In this document: in pieces, positions 14,489 through 30,137 of the stretch
Position numbering within the stretch: position 1 is the stretch's first letter
How the letters are laid out: each line of letters begins with the position of its first letter
Position numbers and translations under genes: made by a program
Notes under the pieces: generated by a model
The model's database searches: none
Seen by the model: the letters and a program-made list of their open reading frames with translations, nothing else
What the model was told of the DNA's origin: nothing
NCBI RefSeq assembly: GCF_009914755.1
Contig: NC_060925.1
From: the human T2T-CHM13v2.0 reference genome, Homo sapiens
Reading direction: 5' to 3' (one strand)
Length of the DNA: 64,000 bases

Positions 14489-15849
14489 AGATTGTGTGGC
14501 CTTCATGCAAGGTTGTGGTTTTTACAGTCTTTTGTGATATTTTTTGTTATCAGGTACACAAGCAAGCGAACCCACTCTTCATAGCCTTCCCCAACCCTAT
14601 TTGTCAAGTGTTTTTTTTTCTTTAATACTAGTGAAATAAGATAGAAAGGAACAAGTCTCATACCTGATGTATGGGCCAAACAAGAAATCCATCATGCTGC
14701 CTAATGTCATGACCAGAGATGTTCAGACTGCAAACCAGGAGAGTTGATGTTTTCATGCTTTTCTTAAGACATCGAAAGACTCCACATCATGAGACTCTTA
14801 CCCCTTTTAATGCCTACTTTTTCACTTGGCAAGATAATAATGTAATTGAAATTTCATAATCAGTAGCTCCTGCTGGAAACTTGACTAAGAGATCCTTTAA
14901 TATCCATTGGTTAAATAGGAAAACAGGCCACATGGTAATAACAGCTCTCACTTAATTCTCTCTCATCATTTGATGTCTTCAATTGTTTATCTTTAAGCCT
15001 CAGTGTATGGCTCAATACCATTATTTAAACTGGGATTTTCATACTACTATTATTTTTACTTTGTTGCTGCCGTTGGTTGTTGTTGTCTGAGACAGGGTCT
15101 CACACGGTCACCCAGGCTGGAGTGCAGTGGCACCATGGGTCATGGCTCACTGAAGCCTTGATATTTTTACTTTGTATTTTCCCTTTTTAAACTTTGTATC
15201 TGCAAGCCCTGTGGTCCCAGCTACTCCAGGGGCTGAGGTGGGAGGACTGCTTGAGCCTGGGAGGCAGAAGTTGCAGTGACCCCGGATCACACTACTACTG
15301 TACTCCAACCTGGGTGACAGAGACCCCATCTCAAAACCAAACAAAAACTTTGTATCTATTACTTATTAAAATTTTTGCAGAAACACAACCCTAATAGGAT
15401 AATACTAGCCCAGCACTTTGAGATGATAACAAAAGACTATGGAACAGACAAAATTGAACTTAATAATAGACTCTAGGTAGAATTAGCATGAGAACCACTT
15501 TCTTCAAATCTCCCTTATTGTTCAAATGTGGCTGAAAGGGTTTTGACACTGACTCTTAGCCGACATTCACTCCCCACAAGGTGGGATGAGACAAGCAACT
15601 GGGACCAAGGGCCGTCACATCCAACTACAGGATAATCAGTGATGCTTTCAGAGAAAGATCTTGATCAAAGGTGGGAAATGTGAAAGTTGTCAGAATCAAA
15701 ATAGAGTCACCAGTATTAAAAAAAAAAAACTTGACGAATAGGGTTGGAAAAGGCTCTGAAGAGCAGGTTTGCATGCTTGTGTGCCTGATAACAAAAACTA
15801 TCACAAAAGACTCTGCAAAAACTACAACCTTGCACAAAGGCCATCACAA

Positions 15850-15884
<35 letters not shown>

Positions 15885-17049
15885 TCTGTAAAGTTCTCTG
15901 AGATTCCTCCCTCAGCAGCTCGCCTTTTTGGCCGTGTAGTCTTCTCTAGGATTAACATGCCTAGGTTAAAATGTTTGTGAACACTTTTATCTTAGTTTTA
16001 TTTGGACGACAAGCACCTGATTTGGCTCTTTCCCCTTGCTTGTTTCTGAAAATCTTCCGAGAGCCAAGCAAAACAAAACAAAACAAAAAAACAAAGAAGC
16101 AAAAAATACTCAATAGTGGATGCAGGATGACTAATTGAAAGCCATTAGGGTAGTCACCACCGTTTAAGTTATCAGGCATATTAATCAAATAAAATATTAG
16201 GCATGCAGACCAAAAGAGAATTCACCAGAAAAAAAAAAAAAAACATGGCTCAGAGACAGACTGCAAATTCTGTAGAAATCAGAGCACTCAAACAGAAAGA
16301 CACTTGTTTTTATACCAGAAAGGACTTACTAGAAAAGACATATAGTCGTTTATCATCCCAGAAGAGATGTAAGATCCTTCATTTAAGGCAGCCTTATAAC
16401 CAAACCAGATCCCAAATAATATCAAAAATGCTCTGACAAAAAGAGATAAGCTCAGCCTAAGAGAAGACTCCAGGGCCGAAAAGGCCAGCTGCTGAGGCAG
16501 GGATCTCAGAGGGCTCAAGTGAGGACTGCACGCCGAAGTCAAGAACCGCCGATTCTTCTGAGAGCGAGCTTTCTTCAGGTCCCGTTTTCTGACACCATTT
16601 ATATCAACCTAAATAACAAACAGAGAAAGGCTCTCCAAAAGAAAAAGATACTTATTCATGAGTAAGGCATTGCAATGGGAATATGTATGCCCTAGTAAAC
16701 TATGTGCATACTGACAGAGATAAAGCAAGACAAACATTTTAAAAGGAAAAAACAAGGACGATTAATGTAATTGTTTTGAGATCTTGGCTACAAAGATCAA
16801 TAACAAGGGTGACACCAATCTGAATTTGAACAGGCCATTGTTGGGCAGATTCCCTGGCACAAGTATTTTTTGTGTAGGGTTGTGACAGCCTTTGTGCAAG
16901 GTTGTGAACTTTGCAGAGTCTTTTGTGATAGCTTTTGTCACCAAGCACACAAGCATGAGAATTCTCTCTTCATTGCTTTTCCTGGCCCTATTAGTCAGGA
17001 TTTTTAAAAAAATATTAGTGACTCCATTTTGTTTCTGACAACTTTCACA
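14175..17049 (-). mobile_element. Degenerate, rearranged ERV1-class provirus (MER65-like LTRs, tentative): 5' LTR 16602-17049(-), PBS ~16579-16597, leader 15894-16600, inverted internal segment 14635-15893, 3' LTR 14175-14634(-)
   Basis: Three mutually similar LTR copies. LTR termini read TGTGAAAG... and ...TTGA(C/T)A. PBS TGGTGTCAGAAAACGGGAC follows the 5' LTR, and the polypurine tract aaaggtgggaaa precedes the + strand LTR copy at 15679. Confidence 0.8.
15065..15350. mobile_element. Two Alu fragments (minus 15065-15160; plus monomer 15205-15350) inside the ERV
   Basis: gagacagggtctcac...ggagtgcagtggc and tcccagctactcc...gggtgacagagacccc. Confidence 0.8.
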
Positions 17050-17254
17050 GAACAAATGTGTGTAGATCACAGGCTCCTGTCTGCTTGGATTCTGGTCATG
17101 TCTTCTCACTGAGTGTAATTTAATGCCTCAAAAAAATTAATCACCTAATGAAGACCTCTTCCCTGAAGATCTGTTTGTGGTCTACTCTGACTGGTAGGGG
17201 TCTCAGGCAATTTGCTCACCACTTTGAGCTTATCAGGAATTGCAGTAAATATAG

Positions 17255-17812
<558 letters not shown>

Positions 17813-18457
17813 TAAAGCCAATTTTGGATTTAGCTGCTAATGCTCAAAATAAAAGCTCAATCAATAACTGTCCCTGCTTCATAAATGGACCAGCATTTTA
17901 TACTGCCTTCAGATCCGGGGTCAGTTAAGTTTAGTTTTTTTTAAAATATACACAATTTTTTGGAGGGAGTCACAGAGGAGTGCCAAATAGAGCAGGTTTT
18001 GCGCCTTTTGTTTAAAATGTATGCTAATGATTTACAGTCCCTTTTTGATCTTTGCAAAGAATGCCTGTATTTCCATCAACCCAACCCTTCCTGCTTTTGA
18101 GGGCAGAAAAGCTAGTCCTCTCCATGGTCAGAGAGCAAAAGCAAAGATTTTCCCTCTCTACTTTCAGATACAATGGTTTAGGATGAATTACTGCTGAGCC
18201 AAAATCATTTTTGGCATATGTTCCTAAAAATGTAATTAGTCTGTTTACAACTCTAGGCACCAGGTGAGCTCATTCTATTTCACAGAGATTCATTCCACAA
18301 CCAATGTTCACTGAAGGGTTCAAAGAAACCTATGCCATTTAAATGTGATATGTTGCAAGTATGTTGTTAGAATTTTTCTGCAGATGAGATAAATGTTTGC
18401 TAACTATTATTCTGAATTTTTCTTCATTATGCTCTCTGGTGAAAAACGGGAATTTCC

Positions 18458-18504
18458 TGTGTGTGTGTGTGTGTGCACGCACGTGTGTCTGTGTGTGTGT
18501 GTGT
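18458..18504. repeat. Interrupted (TG)n microsatellite
   Basis: Direct reading. Confidence 0.9.
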
Positions 18505-20190
18505 GGTTATTTTTAGGAAAAGTCTCAAAAGTATCTTGTAAAGAAACTCCTAGCCCTGCCCATGTGGTATGTCTCCCTCCATCCCCCTTTTTCTTTCTTT
18601 AGCACTCTTCTAGGCACGAGAATAGAATGATGAACAAAAGTTGCACAGGTCTGCCCCTCATTACTCTTACATCATATTGGAACAAGAGTATTGGGTTTTG
18701 GCTTCTTACTTTTCATCCGAAGATTCAAGTCTTATTTTCCCATTTAGTTGCTTTGGAAATCATGTGGACCTAGCTCTTGGCAACACAGAATCCACATCTA
18801 ACCTCGTTCTACTCAGCTCTGCTGTCCCAAAGGTATTTCAGATCTACCCTCTTACCCTTTCTCCCATTAAGGTTCAAAGTACTATTACTGGTTTCCAAAT
18901 TTCCTTTAAGACAGTATTATTTCTTCAAAAGAAAATTGATTTGGAAACCAATTTTATTGAAGCTACTCTATTTCTATCCAAAATAGGACGGAATGCTAAC
19001 TGCCTCCCTGAGTTTCCTACTTTGTCCAGAGCTCTGAGAGAACCCGCCAAGCCTATTTTAAAACACTCTCCCCTGGAGAACTGACTTACCTGGAGCTTGG
19101 CCTCTGGGGGCCCACACTCTGGGCTGAATGATAAATCCGGGGCTGGGCTGAGAGTCAATTTGGCCCTCAAACTTATCAGCCCTGTTCCTCATTGTTTTTC
19201 TGTACATTTTTAAAAGGGCTGCCTACCTTTTTCAGAATCGATGAGCAAAATCACACATCCTCATGTCCATCTGGTGCTCTGTATTGTGTCCGAGGCTACT
19301 GCAAAGTGATAAAAACTAGGACTCAGTTTTGAAAGGAGAGGCAAGCGAGGTGCCATTGTTGAAACAGCCTTTCCGGTTGGAATTGTTAAGACTGAATTTC
19401 TTTTTCTCAGCAGGGCTTGTGTAGAGAGCTCCACACCTCACTTAGTGTAAACAGCAGGTTCTTACCCCACAGTCAAGTAAAAAAGAAAGATAAACAGGTC
19501 AGATCTCAGATACTTGCAAAGAGGGTTACAAAGAGAATAGCTTGAGCACATATTGCACAGAATAAAAATCGGCTGGTCCAGTGTTTGTATTTCTGGAGGG
19601 TGGGAGACGGAGGGAGGGAGGGAGGGAGAGAAAGAGACAGAGGTGTTTCTAATTCAGACCTGCAGTATAATTTCACCATCTGCTGGAAAGAGTCCCCGTG
19701 ACACAAAATTCTGCAGTTTCCCTACCTTCTCACGCCCCCACACTGTTTCCACTCCATTGCTAGGAGAGGCTGTCTAGAACTGGAGAGTTTTGAGAAGCTG
19801 TTGGTGGAGGAGTCGTTTTTTTACATATCACCTCCTGTGCCCCAAATCTTTCCCAGAATCTAGGGGAATAGAGGACAAGGCAGTTTTGTTGTTGTTGTTT
19901 GTTTGTTTTGAGGAGCATTCTTCTTTTACTGGATATAAAAGTAATACATCTGACAATGCCTGGTAAGGATATGGAGACATAGGATCTCTTACACATTGCT
20001 GATGGGACTATGTATTGATTAATGCAACAACTTTGGGAAAACACTTTCTTTTTATTATTAATTGACAAATCATAATCGTATGTATTTATGGGGTATGATA
20101 CAATGTTCTGATATATGTATACAATGTGAGATGATTAAATCAAGTAAATTAATATATCCAGCACTTCAAACACTTTTTTAATGGTGAAAA

Positions 20191-20900
20191 TGACACTGCC
20201 ATTACAAAATTATAACTGAAACAGGGAAAGATATCTGACCTAAACAACTCCATCTTGCCTCTAACCTCCAAGCTGTCCCTGTTCATTCCTCGGCATAGGC
20301 CAAACTAACTTTGGGAGGAATTTAGTTTATAGTTTAAAACAAAAATGACAACAGCCCTTTCCCAAAACAAACCTCTTTCTTGCATGGGGTCTAGACTGCC
20401 TTTGTAGGACTAACAAATTAGTCAAAAGATTAGAAATTATGGTTTAGGAGTCATGCTGCTGGAGGCTACAAGATTCTGAGCCCTCCCCACATTGCTCCTG
20501 GGGATAAAATTACTATCGTAAAACCTACGACCACTGCTTGAGATATTTTGCAGACCCCGCACCTGATGAATCAGCTGGCACCACCCAGATTGAAAAACTG
20601 GCTCATCTGATCTTGTGGCCCCCTACCCAGGAACTGACTCAGCGCAAGAGGACAGCTTCGACTGCCTGTGACTTCATCTCCAACCCAGCCAATCAGCACT
20701 CCCAAATCACTGCCCCCACCCACCAAATTATCCTTAAAAATTCGGATCCCCCTTGGGGATACTGATTTGAGTAATAATAAAACTCTGGTCTCCTGCATGG
20801 CCAGCTCTGTGTGAATTACTTTTTTGCTGTTGCAATTCCCCGTCTTGATAAATCGGCTCCGTCTAGGCAGTGGGCAAGGTGAACCTGTTGGGCAGTTACA
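20191..20900 (+). mobile_element. Solo LTR, LTR8-like (ERV1)
   Basis: TG...CA termini (tgacactgcc...gggcagttaca), aataaa at ~20776, 4-bp TSD AAAA; the host L1 resumes seamlessly. Confidence 0.85.
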
Positions 20901-21797
20901 AAAACACTTAAAATCTACTCTCTTTGCAATTTTCAAGTACACAATATGTTGACTATAGTCACCATATGGTGCAATTGATCTCAAAGAACATATTCTTCCT
21001 AACTGAAACTTTGTACCTTTTGACTAACATCTCCCCATTTCCCCAGCCCCCAGCTTCTGGTAACAACCATTCTACTCTCTGTTTCATTGAGTTTGATTGT
21101 TTTAGATTCCACATATAAGTGAGATCATACAATGTTTGCCTTTTTGTGCATGGCTTATTTCACTTAACATAATGTCCTCCAGGTCCATCCATGTTGTCAC
21201 AAATGACAAAATGTTCTTCATTTTCAAAGCTGAATGGTATTTCCTTGTGTAGATTTGCCACATTTTACAATCCATTCATCTGTTGATGGGCACTGTGGTT
21301 GAATCCGTATCTTAGCTATTGTGAATAATGTTGCCATAAACGTGGGAGTGCAGACATCTTTTCAACATACTGATTTCAAATCTTTTGGATATATACCCAA
21401 CAGTAGAATTGCTAGATCATATGGCTGTTCTATTTTTAGTTTCTTAAGGAACCTCTATACCGTTTTCCATAATGGCTGTATTAACTTACATTCCTACCAG
21501 TAGTATACAAAATTCCCTTTTCTCTACATCCTTGCCGACACTTATCTTTCACCTTTTTGATAACAGCTATTATAACAGGTGTGAACTGATATTGTGGTTT
21601 TAATTTGTAATTTCTCTAATAGTTAGCAATGTTGAGTATATTTTCATGTATCTGTTAAGGGGATTGCATCAAACCAAAGAGATTCTGCACAGCCAAGAAA
21701 ACAAATTAGCAGAGTGAAGAGACAAACTGTGGATTGAAAGAAAAGATTTGTTACTACCCAAAGCAATCCAGGGTCAATGCAATCCCCATCAAAATAC

Positions 21798-22120
21798 TGG
21801 CTGGGCGTGGCGGCTCACACCTGTAATCTTAGCACTTTGGGAGGCCGAGGTGGATGGGTCACTTGAAGCCAGGAGTTCAAGACCAGCCTGGCCAACATGG
21901 TGAAAACCTATCTCTACTGAAAAAAAAAAAAAAAAAAAAAAAAAATTAGCCAGGTGTGGTGCATGCCTGTAATCCCTGCTATGCAGGAGACTGATGCACA
22001 AGAATCATTTGAACCGAGGAGGCGGAGGCTGCAGGGAGCCGAGATTGTGCCACTGCACTCCAGCCTGGGTGACAGAGTGAGACTCTGTCAAAAAAAAAAA
22101 AATAAATAAATAAATAAATA
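21798..22120 (+). mobile_element. Alu (S-like) with expanded middle A-tract
   Basis: Dimer; ~25-nt A run at the linker (~21920-21945); (TAAA)n tail. Confidence 0.93.
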
Positions 22121-22789
22121 ACATTCTTCACAGAAATAGACCAAAAAAAAAAAAAACTTAAAATTTTTTTAAGACCCCAAATAGTCAAAGCAATCCTGAG
22201 CAAAAAGAACAAACCTAGAAGCATTGTACTATCAGACTTCAAAATATACTACAAAGGTGTGGTAACCCAAGAAATATGGTACTGGCATAAAAACAGACAC
22301 AAAGACCAATGGAACAGAAAAGAGAACCCAGAAATTAATTCACATATCTACAGCCAACCGATTTTTGACAAAAGTGCTAAGAGCATTCACTGGTGAAAGG
22401 ATAATTTCTTCAATAAAAGGTGCTGGGAAAACTGGATATCCATAAAGAGAAGACTGAAACCACCTCTCATCCTATAAAAAAATCAACTCAAAATGGATCA
22501 AAGACTAAATGTAAGACCCCAAACTATAAAATTAATAGAAGGAAATATAGGGGAAATGCTTCAGCACATTGATCTGGAAAAGACTTTATGAATAAAACCT
22601 CAAAAGTACAGGCAATAAAAGCAAAAACAAACAAGTAGGATTATATCAACGAAAAGGCTCTGCACAGCAAAGGAAACAATCAGCAAGGGGAAAAGACAAT
22701 CTAAAGAATGGGAGAAAATATTTGTAAGCTATTCATCTGACAAGGGCTTAATATCCAAATATACAAGCAACTGCAAACAAGTTAAATAA

Positions 22790-23406
<617 letters not shown>

Positions 23407-26092
23407 CCAAATAATCCAATTTTAAAAGGGGCAAATGATCTAAACAGACATTTCTCAAAAGAAGACATACAAATGGCCAACAAATAAATGGAAAAAAAAA
23501 AAAAAAGCTCAACAACACCAATCATCAGGGAAATGCAAATTAAAAACACAATGAGATATCTCACTCCAGTTAGGATGGCTAATACCAAAAAGATAAAAAA
23601 TAACAAATGCTGGGGAGGATGTGGGGAAATGGGAACTCTTATACACTGTTGGTGGGAATGTAAACTAGTATAACTCCTGTGGAAAACAGTATGGAGTTCC
23701 TCAAAAACTACAAATAGAATCACCATATGATCCAGCAGTCCCACGACTGGGCATGTATCCAAAGGAAAGGAAATCAGGATATTGAAGAAACATCTTTACC
23801 TCCATGTTTATTGCAGCACTATTCACAATAGCCAAGATATGGAATCAATCTAAGTGTCCAACAACAGATGAATGGGTAAAGAAAATGTGGTATATATACA
23901 TAACGGAACATAATTCAGCCATAAAAGGAATAAAATCCTGTCATTCACAACAACACGGGTGGAACTGGAGGACATTATGTTAAATGAAATAAGCAAAGAA
24001 CAGAAAGTTAAACACCGCATGTTGTCTTCACATGTGGAAGCTCAAAAAAGTTGATCTCATAGAAATAAAATGTAGAACAGAGGATACTAGAGGCTGGGAA
24101 GGATAGGAGGAAGAAGGGGATAGGGAGAGATTTATTAAAGGATACAAAATTACAGCTAGGAGGAATAACTTCCAGTGTTCTCTGCCACTATAGGATGACT
24201 ACAGTTAATAATAATAATAATATATTATATGGTTTCAAATAGCTAGGAGGATATTGGATGTTCCCAACACAAAGAAATGATAAATGTTTGAGATGATGGA
24301 TATGCTAATTACTCTGATCTGATCACAAAATATATATGAAAACATCACTATGTACCCCATGAATACATATAATTATTATATGTCAGTTTCTTAAAAAGAA
24401 AATATCTGCAAACCATACATCTGATAAGAAGTTAATATCCAAAATATATAAGGAACTGAAATAGCTCAATAGCGAGAAAACAATCTGGTTAAAGAATAGG
24501 CAAAGGACCTGAATAAGCATTTCTCAAAAGAAGACATAAAAATAATCCTATCTTTTACACTATGACAAGCATTTCCATCCCCAGGTTTATATACAAAAGG
24601 AATTGTTACAAAGGGACTCTGGGACCCATGTATAAGGAAGTTTACAGCAGTGCTGTTTGTAACAGCAAAAGCCAGAAATAGCCTAAATACAGAATAAACA
24701 ATAATATATTCACAAAGTGGAATATTACATAGTCATCAAAATAAATGAACTACAGTTGCATACATCAATAGGGATGAATCTTAGCAATACAATATCAAGT
24801 GAAAAGAAGTGCATTCCAGAAGTTAATATATAGCATGCTGCCTTCCCTAAAGTTAAAAACACCAACATTAAAAAATAAGTGTTTTAGGACTATATATCAA
24901 ACAGATACAACTTTGTTAAAAGGAAAACAAGGGAATGATAAGATTTGGGATGATGTTTACCTTGGGTAGAAAAAAGTGGTGAATGGGCTGAAGGAGAATT
25001 CATAGCTAGATGTAAATATAATCCAAATATATTCCACCACTTTTGTGTGAGTCTTAGCTTTCGTATTAACCAACAGGTTTATGAGTATGTATTATAATAA
25101 ACAAATTAATAAATAATGGCTATGCATGGACCAACGAGTAGACTCCTTATTAAACTACCAATTATGATTAATTCAATTCTGAGTGTGTCTGGAGTCCAAA
25201 GGAAAAACAAAAAGCAAAACCTATGCATTAATTGTGAACAATGTAGCACCCTGGCAAAGTATGTGAAGAAAAACTCATCTCTAATTGTGTCTGCCCAGAG
25301 AAAATCAGTGTTAACATTTTGGTATTTTTTCTAATTCATATTTTTGAACAAAAGTATAATCATGACATTTAAACAGTAGTCATTATTTAAACTTAACATT
25401 GCATACATTTTTCCACGTGATAAAATAATCTTTGAAAATATGTTTCTAATAGCTGAGTTGTATTACATTTTACATATGCACGATAATTTATTTGACTAAT
25501 TGTTTGTATACATTTATTCTGGTTGTTTCAATTTTTTGTCATTATGAATAAGCCTGCAATAAGCAGTTTGCACAATAAATATGGGTGCCATCTTTGATGA
25601 TTTACTTAGGATACATTTTTAAGAGTGGAATAAAGGTGTGAAAAAATTTTAAGTTATTGCTACATATTGATAAATTGAAGGGCACCATTTTTATGTGAGA
25701 AATAAATAGAAAAAGTTTTTTTCAATATATTGCACATAAAAGTGCTTAATATATGTGTAATAGACATTTAATCGATATCCATTGAATATGAATGCATATA
25801 ATTACAAGGTTACTTAAAATATTTTAGAAGATGATAAAGGACTATCTTCCTCATCTGCCAGGCTATGAAAATTAAATGACTCAGTATTGTGTCTTAACTT
25901 TTAATGGAAATACAAGTGTGTGCCATGGGAGCTATTCTTTTTGTTGCATTAATGACAACAAATAAAATTTATATATCATGTTATTCCTTTAACAGTGTTT
26001 CCATATGCATTATTTCATTTACTCTCCATGACAAAAAATCATCTAAGATATTTGTTATTACATAACCCCTACTTTACAGATGAGGAGGTTGA

Positions 26093-26461
<369 letters not shown>

Positions 26462-26812
26462 TAAAGCTTAAAGCTTAGAAGAAAAGGCAAATCTTCTGAA
26501 TTCCAGTTCCAATAATAGAGGAATAACTTATATTGACTATCTGCAGATAATGACTGTAAACTGTCCACAAAATATTTTACCCAATTATTTGAAAGGCAAC
26601 AGAGATCAACTAAAAGCAGGCGGAAACTGGGAGAGAAATATTTAAAGTCAATAATCAAAGCTCTTACCTTAAAAAACAAGAAAAAAATATAAGTAAATTA
26701 AAGGTGTAGAGGGGGAAATAATAGAGATAAGAACAGAAATCAATGAAATAGTAAACAAACTGTAGGAAGAAATATTAACAAAGGCCAAAATTTGTTTATT
26801 GAAAAAATTGTT

Positions 26813-27151
26813 CACCATGGAATACTATGCAGCCATAAAAAATGATGAGTTCATGTCCTTTGTAGGGACATGGATGAAATTGGAAATCATCATTCTCAGT
26901 AAACTATCGTGAGGACAAAAAACCGAACACTGCATGTTCTCACTTGTAGGTGGGAATTGAACAATGAGAATACATGGACACAGGAAGGGGAACATCACCC
27001 TCTGGGGACTGTTGTGGGGTGCTAAATGACGAGTGAATGGGTGCAGCACACCAGCATGGCACATGTATACATATGTAACTAACCTGCATATTGTGCACAT
27101 GTACCCTAAAACTTAAAGTATAATAATAATAAAATAAAATAAAATAAAAAA
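26813..27151 (+). mobile_element. Young L1PA 3' end (5'-truncated)
   Basis: caccatggaatactatgcagcc...gtaccctaaaacttaaagtataat + A tail; TSD gaaaaaattgtt at 26801-26812 and 27152-27163. Confidence 0.92.
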
Positions 27152-27729
27152 GAAAAAATTGTTAAATTCCTAGCTAAACTGATGAGAAAAAGAGAGGAAA
27201 CACAACCTATCAATTTTGGAAATAAAAGAAGAGTATCATTAGAGATTACATGACAATAAAAATATAATAAAGGATTATTATAAACAACTTTATATAAATA
27301 AATTCAACACTTTAAATGAAATGCACAAATTCCTTGAAAAACACAACTTGCCAAAACTGACAAAAGAAATGAGAAATCTGAATAACCATTTACCTATTTT
27401 AAAAATTGAATTTGTTATCAAACTTTCCCACAAAAATAATTCAAGGTCCAAATGGCTTCACTAGTCAATTCTATCAAACATTTAAGGAAGAAATAACACC
27501 AATCTTACATTCTTTCCAAAAATAGAGGAGGAGACATTTCCCAGCTTGCTTTGAGGCCAGCCTAGCCCTAATACCAAAGACTGATAAAGATATTACAAGA
27601 AAAGAAAATCCAACATATCCCACATGAATATTAACAGAAAAAATTCTGACCAAAAATATTAGTGACTAAAATTCAGCAATATATTAAAAACCAAAATACA
27701 TCATTACCGAGTAAGGTTTATCCCAGGAA

Positions 27730-28774
27730 TATTGGGGGAACCCACCCCCAATATTTCAATATTTCAACGTAGGTTCTTTCTATTTTCCATAAGTGTTGGC
27801 CGGCTGAGAATAAAGACAGACAGTACAAAGAGAGGAATTTTACAGCTGGGCCGCCAGGAGTGACATCATGTATCGGTAGGACCGTGATGCCCACCTGAGT
27901 CTCAGACCAACAAGCTTTTATTAAGGGTTTCAAGAGGGGAGGGGGTGTAAGGACAGGAAGTAGGTACAAAGATCACATGTTTCTGAGGGCAAAAAGCAGA
28001 ACTACTAATAAGGGTCTAACAAAGATCACATGCTTCTGAGGGAACAGTACAAAGGGCAAAAGCAGAACTACTGATAAGGGTCTATGTTCAGCAGTGCACG
28101 TACTTATTGTCTTGATAAACATCTTAAACAACAGAAAACAGGGTTTGAGAGCAGAGAACCAGTCTGACCACAAATTTACCAGGGCAGAGTTTTCCCCCAC
28201 CCCAGTAAGCCTGAGGGTTCTGCAGGAGACCAGGGATTATCTCAGTCCTTATCTCAACTGCACAAGACAGACATTCCCAGAGTGGCTGTTTATAGACCTC
28301 ACCCCAGGAATGCATTCCTTTCCCAGGGTATTAATATTAATATTCCTTACTAGGAAAAGAATTTAACGATATCTCTCCTACTTGCATGTCCATTTATAGG
28401 CTCCCTGCAAAAAGAAAAATATGGCTCTTTTTCCCGACCCTGCAGGCAGTCAGACCTTATGGTTGTCTTCCCTTGTTCCCTAAAAATCGCTATTATTCTG
28501 TTCTTTTTCAAGTTGCACTGATTTCATATTGTTCAAACACACATGTTTTGCAATCAATTTGTACAGTTAACACAATTATCACAGTGGTCCTGAGATGACG
28601 TACGTCCTCAGCTTACGAAAATAACAGGATTAAGAGATTAAAGGCGTAAGAAATTATAAAAGTATTATTTGGGAACTGATAAATGTCCATATTAAGATGA
28701 AATCTTCACAATTTTGTTCCTCTGCCTCACCTCCAGCCGGTCCCTCCGTTCAGCATCCCTGACTTCCCTCAACA
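27730..28774 (-). mobile_element. MER11-like solo LTR (ERVK class)
   Basis: ~1.05 kb; minus strand starts TGTTGAGGGAAGTCAGGGA; perfect 6-bp TSD CAGGAA (27724-27729, 28775-28780). Confidence 0.88.
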
Positions 28775-29469
28775 CAGGAATACAAGGTTGGTTTAATATT
28801 TGAAAATTAGTGAATGTAGTTCACCATGGTAGACAGTAAAAAGGAGAAAAACTACACAATTTATGCAATAGATGATTCAAAGTATTTGACAAAATTCAAT
28901 AGCCATTTATGATCAAATTCTCAGCAAATTAGAAATAGAAGTTACTTAACCTGAAAAAGTCCATCTCTGAAAAGTGTACAATTAACATCATATATAATAA
29001 TGAAATATTGAATACTTTCTCCCTAGTTTCATGAATAAGGCAAGAATGTTCACTCTCACCTCCTCTATTCAACATTGTACTAGATGTCCTAGCCATCTCT
29101 TTTAAGAAGCCAAAAAGAGAAATAAAGTCATCAATAAAGACTGGAAGTGAAAAAGTAAAACAGTCTTTTCTTGACAGACAGCACAATTTTTTACATAGAA
29201 AATCCCAAAGAATTTACAAAAAAGTTACTAGAACTAATAAGTGAATTTTACCATGTTGTATGACATAGGTCAATATAAAAAATTAATTATAGCTCTGTAT
29301 ATTATTAACAAATAATTTGAAAATACAATTTAAAGACAATTCCATGTGATCACAAATACGACAAAAAATATGCAAAAACTCTACATTAGAAGCTTCAAAA
29401 TATTGTTGAGAGACATTAAAGTCCTAATTAAATGAACAGATATACCATGTTCATAGAATGGATGACTCA

Positions 29470-29956
<487 letters not shown>

Positions 29957-29994
29957 TAGATTAAATACAATTCTAATCAAAATATAATCAGGCA

Positions 29995-30137
29995 TTTTCT
30001 TTTTCTTTAAGAGATGGGGTTTTGCTCTGTCACTGAGGTTGGAGTTGTGATCAAAAGCACACTGCAACTTCAAACCATCCTCCCCCCTCAGTCTCCCTGG
30101 TAGCTGGAACTAAAGGCTCAAGCCACCATGCCTGGCT
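29995..30137 (-). mobile_element. Alu monomer fragment
   Basis: gagatggggttttgctctgtcac...agccaccatgcctggcta. Confidence 0.75.

Noticed and set aside
14170-17054. Target-site duplication around the ERV
   Set aside because: Flanks gcact and gaaca match only partially; not claimed.
18641-19084. 147-aa + strand ORF in unique sequence
   Set aside because: TTG start, no recognisable motif and no convincing splice boundaries; cannot be supported without conservation data.
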